Below, piece after piece: positions 27,085 to 34,304 of a stretch of DNA of 34,304 nucleotides. Numbering within the stretch: the first letter of the stretch is position 1; each line of letters opens with the position of its first letter. Source of the DNA: a virus (lineage: Duplodnaviria > Caudoviricetes); the IMG/VR virus record IMGVR_UViG_3300017784_005152, positions 1 to 34,304 of that record, one strand, 5' to 3'. The notes beneath the pieces are model-generated. The model worked only from the letters and a program-made list of their open reading frames with translations. It was not told where the DNA came from and ran no database searches. A program made the position numbers and the translations under genes.

Positions 27085-27932
27085 TGATCAAAAACATAGC
27101 CTATTTCCCTTTTCAGGTGGCACTCAATGGTCCACCTGTGTTAAATGCAGTACTGGATACCTTGCAGTCTGCTGGTATACAAACACAAGAAAATTCCTGG
27201 ACCTCTGATGCTGCTGTGATTTGGAGTGTGCTGTGGAAAGGTCGCATGCAGGCCAATCAAACAGTTTATCAGCACTATCGTGAACAAAACAAACCTGTGA
27301 TCATTATTGAAACAGGTGCTCTGTATCGTGGCAACACCTGGAAGATCTCAGTAAATCATGTGGATGCCACGGGCTACTACGGACATACTCAGAATCTTGA
27401 TCTGGACCGTCCCAGACGTCTGGGCATGAGCCTGGCAGTAAATCTCAGTTCTAATCCTGTTGTGTTGATCACAGGTCAACACAATCGCAGCCACCAACTG
27501 GCCGGTATAACACAAGAAGCCTGGATGTCTGATGTTATTGACAAGATTAGATCTGTGACTGATCGCCCAATTCATGTGAGACCGCACCCACGCTGTGCAC
27601 TTGACTGGAACCAACTGCCCCAGAACATACATCAGGATCAGCCCAAAAAACTGGCTGGCACCTATGACAGTTTCAACATACGTTTTGATTATCATGCTGT
27701 GGTCAATTACAATTCGGGTCCAGGCATACAAGCTGCCATAGCCGGAGTTAGACCAATTGTTCACAAAACCAGTCTAGCACACCCTGTGTCAATTGCAATA
27801 CACAACATAGATCAACCTTATGATCTTGACCGACACCAGTGGTTGACAGAGATTTGCCACACTGAATACACTCTTGACGAAATAAAACAAGCACTATGGC
27901 TAAAAAGAATCCTGCCCGCATTGACGGCATAA
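27084..27932 (+). CDS. GT-B fold protein resembling capsule-synthesis (KpsC/KpsS-like) transferases
   Basis: IIETG, TGQ, IHVRPHP and YNSGPGIQAAIAGVRP. Confidence 0.6.
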   Translation: MIKNIAYFPFQVALNGPPVLNAVLDTLQSAGIQTQENSWTSDAAVIWSVLWKGRMQANQTVYQHYREQNKPVIIIETGALYRGNTWKISVNHVDATGYYGHTQNLDLDRPRRLGMSLAVNLSSNPVVLITGQHNRSHQLAGITQEAWMSDVIDKIRSVTDRPIHVRPHPRCALDWNQLPQNIHQDQPKKLAGTYDSFNIRFDYHAVVNYNSGPGIQAAIAGVRPIVHKTSLAHPVSIAIHNIDQPYDLDRHQWLTEICHTEYTLDEIKQALWLKRILPALTA

Positions 27933-28636
27933 TTGACTGTGCATGTGTGATTCACAGTTCGGGTTATGACTGGACCTATGTGGATCGACTGTACAACATG
28001 CTGAACCGACACTTGTCGGGTGGCATCAGGTTTCATGTGTATACTGAAGCACATCGCCCAGTGCCGGACCACATGATCAAACACTCACTTACCGATTGGC
28101 CAGGTATTGCTGGTCCGCGTCGCAGTTGGTGGTACAAACTGCAACTATTCAATCCTGAACATCATGCCGGTAATTTGTTGTATCTAGATCTTGACATGGT
28201 ACTGGTTCGCAACATTGACTGGGTGCGAGATCTTGATCCTGCTCAGTTTTGGGCCATACGGGATTTTAAATATCTACAACGTTCCCACTTGACCATGATC
28301 AACAGCAGCATGATGTGGTTCCGTGTGACTGAATACAGCCATGTGTGGCAGCAGTTTGTGGCCAGCAACATTGAACAAACCAGCAGACGTTTTCCTGGAG
28401 ATCAGGACTACCTGGCACAGGTGATTGATCGACGTCAACAGAGATTTTTTGAAGATCGATATTTTGAAAGCTATCGCTGGCAATGTTTAGACGGCGGATT
28501 TGATTTTCAACAACGTCAATTTCGTGCTCCGGGCACAGGTGTTGCTGTGTCTGGGGACACCTCAGTTATAGTGTTTCACGGCCGCCCAAATCCACATGAA
28601 TCACAAGACTCCTTAATTGTTGAACACTGGAAATAA
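27896..28636 (+). CDS. GT-A fold glycosyltransferase (GT8-like motifs)
   Basis: WWYKLQLF, LYLDLD (DxD), NSSMM, GDQD and FHGRPNP. Confidence 0.8.
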   Translation: MAKKNPARIDGIIDCACVIHSSGYDWTYVDRLYNMLNRHLSGGIRFHVYTEAHRPVPDHMIKHSLTDWPGIAGPRRSWWYKLQLFNPEHHAGNLLYLDLDMVLVRNIDWVRDLDPAQFWAIRDFKYLQRSHLTMINSSMMWFRVTEYSHVWQQFVASNIEQTSRRFPGDQDYLAQVIDRRQQRFFEDRYFESYRWQCLDGGFDFQQRQFRAPGTGVAVSGDTSVIVFHGRPNPHESQDSLIVEHWK

Positions 28637-28650
28637 TGCTGCATTTTTGA

Positions 28651-28656
28651 TAAATA
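28651..28656 (+). promoter_or_regulatory. T4-late-like promoter box TAAATA followed by SD aggagg
   Basis: aTAAATA at 28651, aggagg at 28663-28668 and ATG at 28674. Confidence 0.6.
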
Positions 28657-28673
28657 TCTTGTAGGAGGTCACA

Positions 28674-29345
28674 ATGATCAATAGAACTTTTAAATTTTAC
28701 GGCCAGGCATTTTCAGTATCAGGACCTGTGTCAATTGTTGCTAAATTCAACGGGCAGCAGGTATATTCGGGTACAGTGCCAACAACTGCCTCATCTGGAC
28801 CCCAACAACCGGGCGATCAAAATATTGTAATGTTTGAGTATACTAGCACCACAGCCATAACCGGGAACATTCCATTTGAATTAACGGTCACAGGCGGCAC
28901 AGTGTGTTTTGGGTGCGTGGGTGCTAATTATTCAGGAATAAAATTTAATTTGGACAGGTCAGACCCTGATAATCATGTGCTTGTTATCAACATTGCTCCT
29001 GAAGATTTTTGGACAGGTGTAAACCATGCTGCTGACGACCCTGATGAAAAAATTAATGTAAAGATTAACGGGGTTGAACAAATCCGTCAAATTGTAGACA
29101 CTGAACAATCAGGTGGTTGGTGGTATCCAATATTTGACTCACAAACATTCACTTGTGATGTTGTGGTTGACCCTGACCTAATAATAGCCAGAATCCCTAC
29201 TCTTGAAGAAGCCAATGGTATTAAAGATGCGTTAAGAGTATTGAATCCTGACGGTATACCTCAAAATCCTCAAGAAAGAACCAGTCCTCCCACAGCTGAA
29301 GAAAAAAACATTGTGAAATCAGCTTATAGCATATTAAGATCATAA
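28674..29345 (+). CDS. Hypothetical late protein, beta-rich, possibly virion structural
   Basis: 223 aa, late box plus strong SD, G/T/V/F-rich N-terminal part. No family recognised. Confidence 0.7.
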   Translation: MINRTFKFYGQAFSVSGPVSIVAKFNGQQVYSGTVPTTASSGPQQPGDQNIVMFEYTSTTAITGNIPFELTVTGGTVCFGCVGANYSGIKFNLDRSDPDNHVLVINIAPEDFWTGVNHAADDPDEKINVKINGVEQIRQIVDTEQSGGWWYPIFDSQTFTCDVVVDPDLIIARIPTLEEANGIKDALRVLNPDGIPQNPQERTSPPTAEEKNIVKSAYSILRS

Positions 29346-29362
29346 AACTCCAAGGGCCTGAT

Positions 29363-29391
29363 TTGCCCAAAATTCCTGTTCATGCTATAAT
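29363..29391 (+). promoter_or_regulatory. Sigma70-type early promoter
   Basis: TTGCCC-17nt-TATAAT with extended TG. Confidence 0.75.
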
Positions 29392-29422
29392 ACAGCTTGA
29401 GTCAACAAAACAGGAGAACAAC

Positions 29423-29626
29423 ATGGGTTATCGTGTGCTGGGCGAGCGTGATGCAAAATGGCAACCCCGTAAGGGCCTTGAAGGCCCTTTTTTCTATCCC
29501 AATGGCCAGGTGCTGTACTATGACCCACGTGAGGGTTCTTACTGGGATCCAACCACTGACTTTTATGTGCCTCACCAAGATGTGGCAGAATTACAACAGC
29601 AGTTCTTGGAGTTCCTTGCCCGCTGA
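29423..29626 (+). CDS. Small early hypothetical protein (67 aa, aromatic-rich)
   Basis: SD aggag before ATG 29423 (MGYRVLGERDAKWQPRKGLEGPFFYPNGQVLYYDPREGSYWDPTTDFYV...). Confidence 0.8.
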   Translation: MGYRVLGERDAKWQPRKGLEGPFFYPNGQVLYYDPREGSYWDPTTDFYVPHQDVAELQQQFLEFLAR

Positions 29627-29627
29627 T

Positions 29628-29656
29628 TTGACCTAAATTGGCGTCTGTGTTACAAT
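29628..29656 (+). promoter_or_regulatory. Sigma70-type early promoter
   Basis: TTGACC-17nt-TACAAT with extended TG. Shares CTGATTTGmCCwAAATT with the 29363 promoter. Confidence 0.75.
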
Positions 29657-29686
29657 AAGACTTAGATTAACAAAACGGGAGTAGCA

Positions 29687-30712
29687 ATGAGTGCAGTTCG
29701 AGTTCTTCGTGGTGAGTATCGTGGCAACAAAGTCGTGGACTCAGTTTTTACGCTGGTATCAGGATTTCAAACCGGTGCTCGTGGCAATTATGTCACTGTG
29801 CAAAACAACAATATTTTTCCTAAATGTCCCGATACGATTCGTATCCGTGTTGACAACATTTCTGATATTGAGTATACTAGTAGCATGACAGACACAACCA
29901 ACAACGCTGCCAAGGCAGTGGCTGCACCAGCAGAAACAGAAGAACAGGCAATTGAACGCATTCGTGAGCGTTTTGACATCCTGCACGAAATGACCAAGGC
30001 AGCAGTCACAGGCGACATTCGTGCCATGATTGTGAGTGGCCCCCCAGGCGTGGGCAAGAGCTTTGGCGTGGAGCAAGAGATTGAAAAAGCCACTATGTTT
30101 GACAAGCTGGCAGGCAAGCGGCTTCGTGCAGAAGTTGTGAAAGGTGCTGCTACTCCTATTGGCCTGTATCAGACCTTGTACAAGTATTCTGACGAAAATT
30201 GTGTGGTTGTGTTTGATGACTGCGATTCAATCTTGCTGGACGATGTGAGCTTGAACTTGCTGAAGGGTGCATTAGATTCGGGCAAGAAGCGCAAGATTTC
30301 GTGGTTGAGTGAAAGCAGCAGCCTGCGCCGCGAAGGCATCCCAGACAGTTTTGAATTCAAAGGCAGTGCCATCTTTATCACAAACTTGAAGTTTGACAAA
30401 ATGAAGAGCCAGAAACTACGAGACCACTTGGATGCACTGCAAAGTCGCTGCCACTACCTGGACCTGACACTGGACACAATGAATGACAAGATTCTGCGCA
30501 TCAAGCAAATTGCCAAAGACGGTGTGTTGTTTGCAGACTATGACTTTGAACCCGAAGTTCAGGACGAGATCATTGACTTCATGAACACCAACCAGAATCG
30601 TCTGCGTGAAATGAGTCTGCGTATGGCAATTAAAATTGCAGACCTGCGCCGGATGAGCATGTTGAACTGGAAGCGCCTGGCAGAAACTACATGTATGAAG
30701 CCTGCTGCCTAA
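29687..30712 (+). CDS. AAA-type P-loop ATPase
   Basis: Walker A GPPGVGKS, Walker B VVVFDDCD, sensor ITN and ALQSR arginine finger. SD gggag. Confidence 0.88.
   Translation: MSAVRVLRGEYRGNKVVDSVFTLVSGFQTGARGNYVTVQNNNIFPKCPDTIRIRVDNISDIEYTSSMTDTTNNAAKAVAAPAETEEQAIERIRERFDILHEMTKAAVTGDIRAMIVSGPPGVGKSFGVEQEIEKATMFDKLAGKRLRAEVVKGAATPIGLYQTLYKYSDENCVVVFDDCDSILLDDVSLNLLKGALDSGKKRKISWLSESSSLRREGIPDSFEFKGSAIFITNLKFDKMKSQKLRDHLDALQSRCHYLDLTLDTMNDKILRIKQIAKDGVLFADYDFEPEVQDEIIDFMNTNQNRLREMSLRMAIKIADLRRMSMLNWKRLAETTCMKPAA
29850..29878 (+). promoter_or_regulatory. Intragenic sigma70-type promoter inside the ATPase gene
   Basis: TTGACA(29850-55)-17nt-TATACT(29873-78), 6 nt before in-frame ATG 29885. Confidence 0.65.
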
Positions 30713-30755
30713 CCAGGCCTGGCGCGATTTTGATAGTCAACTCTTAAGGAACTGT

Positions 30756-30866
30756 ATGTACGAAATTTGGGATGGTGATTTGTTCTTGTACGCTGTGGAT
30801 ACCCTATACGAAGCCGACGAACAGGCCGAAGCTGGCTTCACAGTTCGAGCAGTTGGACCAAAATAA
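30756..30866 (+). CDS. 36-aa acidic small protein (missing from ORF track)
   Basis: SD taagga, then ATG; MYEIWDGDLFLYAVDTLYEADEQAEAGFTVRAVGPK*. Followed by terminators. Confidence 0.65.
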   Translation: MYEIWDGDLFLYAVDTLYEADEQAEAGFTVRAVGPK

Positions 30867-30886
30867 CGTTGCGAATTATGCTCCCT

Positions 30887-30937
30887 AATCAGGCCACGTC
30901 CTGATTTTTATAGGCACCTTGGAGTGCCTATTTTTTT
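30887..30937 (+). terminator. Tandem intrinsic terminators
   Basis: aatcagg-ccacgt-cctgatt with T run (30887-30909), then ataggcac-cttgga-gtgcctat with T run (30910-30937). Confidence 0.8.
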
Positions 30938-30966
30938 GACTTTTGCTCAAAAGATCTATATAATTA
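30936..30966 (+). promoter_or_regulatory. Sigma70-type promoter overlapping the terminator T-tract, with overlapping TAATTA late-like box
   Basis: TTGACT(30936-41)-17nt-TATAAT(30959-64). TAATTA at 30961-66 is 6 nt before ATG 30973. Confidence 0.7.
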
Positions 30967-30972
30967 ACTATT

Positions 30973-31512
30973 ATGATAGATCAAATACAAGGAAAATTGG
31001 TTGATGTGATTTCTCCTAACACGTTGTACAAGTGGGCCAGCGTCTGGGGAAAAATTCAAAAAAATTATTACGTTACTGAAGTTTATCTAAGGCGAGAAAA
31101 ACAAATTGAAGATTTTGTTTTTTTAAACGAATACAAAAACTTGTACATAGAAAAAGACACAGATATCTTGAAAAAGACACTATCTGTATCAAGTCCGAGC
31201 CAAGCTGACCTGGTAATTGTCACAGATCAAAAATTCAGCAGACTACCTTGTGTTGGTATAATTGACAGAATAAATCAATTGTTAAACCAATGCCCTAACT
31301 TGTTGATTTGTATTAATCGACACTATGTCAACATAGACAACACGTACCGGGACCAAACTTTAAGTTCACATTATCCATTGGCAGTCACTCAATGGATTAA
31401 AAAATCTTTACCAGATGCTGTGGTTGTTGACATGAGCCTTGACTATCTGGATGCAGGAAATTGGTTCACATGGGTCATACCTGACCGTATTTACTATATC
31501 ACCCGCGTATGA
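30973..31512 (+). CDS. Hypothetical protein
   Basis: 179-aa AT-rich ORF, coupled to the next gene by ATGA. Confidence 0.75.
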   Translation: MIDQIQGKLVDVISPNTLYKWASVWGKIQKNYYVTEVYLRREKQIEDFVFLNEYKNLYIEKDTDILKKTLSVSSPSQADLVIVTDQKFSRLPCVGIIDRINQLLNQCPNLLICINRHYVNIDNTYRDQTLSSHYPLAVTQWIKKSLPDAVVVDMSLDYLDAGNWFTWVIPDRIYYITRV

Positions 31513-32192
31513 AATTAGTTGAACAAATATACACTGACGAGCATCGAACAGAGTTTAAAACTAGATACATGAAGTATCGTGCCGGCAGGCTCAAACATCA
31601 ATATTGGCTATGGAACAGAAAGCGCTCTAACAAAGTTGTTGACAAATATGATGCTAAAATTTTAAAAAATTGTCAAGAAGGAACCATTGGATTTTTTGCC
31701 AGTGCCGGGTACTATCTCAAAGACATTTGGCCTCATGTTGATTCGATTGAAATACACCCAGTGGTTAAAGAATTTTATCCTGATGTAATCTTGACAAGAT
31801 CTCGTGATGAATTATCTCTGGTGGTGCCTAATAAATACGATAACTTTGCTGTGGTAAACAATCGAGGCGATCATTGGGTGAACATTGATGGACTTACACA
31901 ACATCTGGCAGCATATACTAAAATTTTAAATCCAGGTGCCAGAGTATTCTACAGTTTTAGAGACACACAGATACAATACAATCGGCTGACGGTTGACAGC
32001 GTGGAGTATTTTACTTCCTGGGCCAATGGTCTTGATGACATAGGTCTAACCCTGGTGTGGGCCGATGTGGCATTTGAGAAAAAATTCAAGGATCAATTGG
32101 GAAATTTTGATGCTAGGGAAAACCCAGATGCTACCAATGGAAATATAAAATTTTGGTTTTGTTACAAAGGTCCAGCATGGCAAGTCCAGTAA
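31509..32192 (+). CDS. Hypothetical protein, possible degenerate methyltransferase fold
   Basis: 227 aa. FFASAGY, SIE, YDNF and ILNPGARVF loosely follow the class I MTase motif order. Confidence 0.6.
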   Translation: MKLVEQIYTDEHRTEFKTRYMKYRAGRLKHQYWLWNRKRSNKVVDKYDAKILKNCQEGTIGFFASAGYYLKDIWPHVDSIEIHPVVKEFYPDVILTRSRDELSLVVPNKYDNFAVVNNRGDHWVNIDGLTQHLAAYTKILNPGARVFYSFRDTQIQYNRLTVDSVEYFTSWANGLDDIGLTLVWADVAFEKKFKDQLGNFDARENPDATNGNIKFWFCYKGPAWQVQ

Positions 32193-32689
32193 TTGTTTGT
32201 TTTGTTGGCGGCACAGCCGGCGACACAGTTACACAAATTTTAGACCCAAGCGATCTAACATCTGTTCGATGTCAACTTAAAAAACCACACTTGTTTGCCA
32301 ATGACTCAGACAAAGATTTGTTTTTGTCAACAGTGCCATTTATCAGTGTACCTAGTCATGATTTTGAATATCATTACAAACGCAAACATAACATACTGGG
32401 TATAGTGTGTCGAAATTTTTCTGATGCTCAATGGGCCGCAACAAGATTTAAAAAACTACACCGACCCCATGTGTGGAAAGAAATGACTGCATTTTGCGGC
32501 GCAGACACACAAGACGCATATGCACAAGTGATAATGGACTTTGGTAAAATGGTTGCAAACTACACCAACAATGTAGTATACTTAGATGAGATCCTGGCAG
32601 GACATGCAGTTGTAAAGTTACAAACTTTAGGATACCAGGCCCTGGGCCAGGAAAAATACAACAAATGGTTAACGACCAATGAACAATAA
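32177..32689 (+). CDS. Hypothetical protein with N-terminal glycine-rich loop (possible P-loop/sulfotransferase-like fold)
   Basis: VIVCFVGGTAGD after ATG 32177. Fold is only a guess. Confidence 0.6.
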   Translation: MASPVIVCFVGGTAGDTVTQILDPSDLTSVRCQLKKPHLFANDSDKDLFLSTVPFISVPSHDFEYHYKRKHNILGIVCRNFSDAQWAATRFKKLHRPHVWKEMTAFCGADTQDAYAQVIMDFGKMVANYTNNVVYLDEILAGHAVVKLQTLGYQALGQEKYNKWLTTNEQ

Positions 32690-32731
32690 AGCCAAAAAGA
32701 TTTTGTTAAAATTATATACACCAATGCCTGT

Positions 32732-33847
32732 ATGACCTTCTGTTATGCTCCCTGGACCAATGTAGAAATCTTGCCCAATGGTGATATATTACCATGTTGT
32801 AAATTTCAGCAGGCAAAACACAACATTGCCACACACAGCATTGATGAGTATCGTGCTAGTGATTTTCTTGCCGAAATAAAACAAGAATTTTCACAGGGCA
32901 TATGGCCTACAGGATGCGAAAGATGTAAAATAGAAGAAAAAGCAAATGTAAAAAGCAAACGCATATTGGATTACGAACGATACCAAACAAACTACGATGA
33001 ATATGAGCTTGACAGTGAAGAAATCTTGACACTGAGTCTGGCCATCGGAAATGTATGCAACTTAAAATGTATCATATGTGGGCCAATGGCATCCAGCAAA
33101 TGGGCCAAAGAATACCAAGACATCTATGGAATTACTGTACAACCAAACAATCAAGTGCGCAGAGATCTTGTCAAAAGTATTACAAAATTAGCACCCAATC
33201 TAATACACATTGATATTCACGGCGGCGAGCCTTTTTTGAGTAATATTTCTCAACATCTAGAATTGTTAGATCATTATATTGAAAACGGTCAAGCAAAAAA
33301 TATAGCTATACATTACACTACCAATGGCCAAATTTGGCCTGACAATAATTTTATTTCAAAATGGGCAGAGTTCAAACACATAGATTTACAAATTAGCATA
33401 GACGGAGTGGCCAGCAGATACGAGTATTTGAGGTATCCAGCCAGTTGGGATGTACTAAACACCAACGTAGTTAAATTTTTACAATTTGCAGAATCTAATT
33501 CTAACATTCAAATCAGTGTTGCACATACAGTGAGTGCTTTTAACATTTTTTATCTTGATGAATTTGTATCTTGGTGTTACAATGTAGGATTACCAACACC
33601 TTGGCTCGGAAAGCTTCACCGTCCTTCTCACTTGCGTCCTACTGTATGGCCGTCAGCAGTCAAGACAACAATTATTAACAAATTACAAACTAGTAAATTC
33701 GACATTGTTAAAAATTGGGCAATCATGTTAGACCACCACGATGATTCAACTAATTTTTTAACCTTTCAACAGTTTGTTAGCAAACACGACTCTTACAGAT
33801 CTTTGGATTTTAAAAAAACATTTCCCGAATTGGCTTCCTACATATGA
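32732..33847 (+). CDS. Radical SAM protein with N-terminal SPASM/twitch-like domain
   Basis: CNLKCIIC, HGGEP, TTNG and SIDG. N-terminal FCYAPW...PCC...CERC. Confidence 0.92.
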   Translation: MTFCYAPWTNVEILPNGDILPCCKFQQAKHNIATHSIDEYRASDFLAEIKQEFSQGIWPTGCERCKIEEKANVKSKRILDYERYQTNYDEYELDSEEILTLSLAIGNVCNLKCIICGPMASSKWAKEYQDIYGITVQPNNQVRRDLVKSITKLAPNLIHIDIHGGEPFLSNISQHLELLDHYIENGQAKNIAIHYTTNGQIWPDNNFISKWAEFKHIDLQISIDGVASRYEYLRYPASWDVLNTNVVKFLQFAESNSNIQISVAHTVSAFNIFYLDEFVSWCYNVGLPTPWLGKLHRPSHLRPTVWPSAVKTTIINKLQTSKFDIVKNWAIMLDHHDDSTNFLTFQQFVSKHDSYRSLDFKKTFPELASYI

Positions 33848-34304
33848 AACAAGCAACTATAGTAATCCGAGATGAAGTCAATATCAAGATAGAAGGACTT
33901 GATCTAGATTGCCGCAAGGCTCTGGTCACAGCCTTCAAGTACGAAAACCCAGCAGCACGTTACCTGCCCGCAGTACGCCTGGGGCGCTGGGACGGCAAGA
34001 TTGCCTACTTTCAACTGGGTGGCAGTACTTATGTGAATCTCTTGCCTGAGATCATGCCTATACTTGATCGTTTTGACTACAGTCCGGTGCTGGATGATCA
34101 ACGTGAGTACTCCACCACCTTTGACTTTGCAGCAGTGTCAGAGAATCATTACAATCATGTGCTGTGGCCCCAGGGGCATCCAGCAGCAGGCCAGCCCATG
34201 GTGTTGCGTGACTACCAAGTGGAAATCATCAACAAGTTCCTGACCAATCCGCAGTGCATACAAGAAGTGGCCACAGGCGCAGGCAAGACCATTATCACAG
34301 CAGC
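33844..34304 (+). CDS. uvsW: SF2 DNA helicase UvsW-like, 3' truncated by window edge
   Basis: Translated by hand from ATG 33844: MKQATIVIRDEVNIKIEGL...GRWDGKI...LRDYQ...ATGAGKT (Q motif and Walker A). Confidence 0.88.
   Translation, partial: MKQATIVIRDEVNIKIEGLDLDCRKALVTAFKYENPAARYLPAVRLGRWDGKIAYFQLGGSTYVNLLPEIMPILDRFDYSPVLDDQREYSTTFDFAAVSENHYNHVLWPQGHPAAGQPMVLRDYQVEIINKFLTNPQCIQEVATGAGKTIITA

Noticed and set aside
30713-30722. 10-bp palindrome ccaggcctgg after the ATPase stop
   Set aside because: It is short, has no loop or T-tract, and could easily occur by chance.
1-34304. Stop-codon reassignment
   Set aside because: Standard-code ORFs tile the window almost completely. TAA, TGA and TAG (e.g. 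16722-16724) all end genes at sensible places.

Overview
This window is a fragment of a large T4-like (myovirus-type) dsDNA bacteriophage genome, densely coded in the standard genetic code. The core genes are a gp17-like large terminase, a gp32-like SSB, UvsX, UvsY, an AAA ATPase and a truncated UvsW-like SF2 helicase. They are interleaved with a heavy load of tailoring enzymes: six radical SAM proteins (five with an N-terminal SPASM/twitch-like Cys domain), a sulfotransferase-like protein, an SDR and an SGNH-fold protein. A ~12 kb glycan-modification island (16749-28636) holds many glycosyltransferases and four methyltransferases, part of it on the opposite strand. The most striking element is the 1123-aa ORF after the terminase. 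Its C-terminal two thirds is a string of short, mostly unrelated modules separated by repeated QG[VIM]AE-G / GLNE-FA motifs, which resemble prohead-protease cleavage sites and are also conserved as 18-bp DNA repeats. One module begins with a complete internal twin-arginine signal peptide. Two promoter classes are visible: T4-late-like TAAATA boxes, often only 5-7 nt before an ATG (implying leaderless mRNAs), and sigma70-like promoters, some buried inside genes. I saw no tRNA, rRNA, CRISPR array, intron or transposon. All family assignments come from motif recognition by eye; no searches were run.
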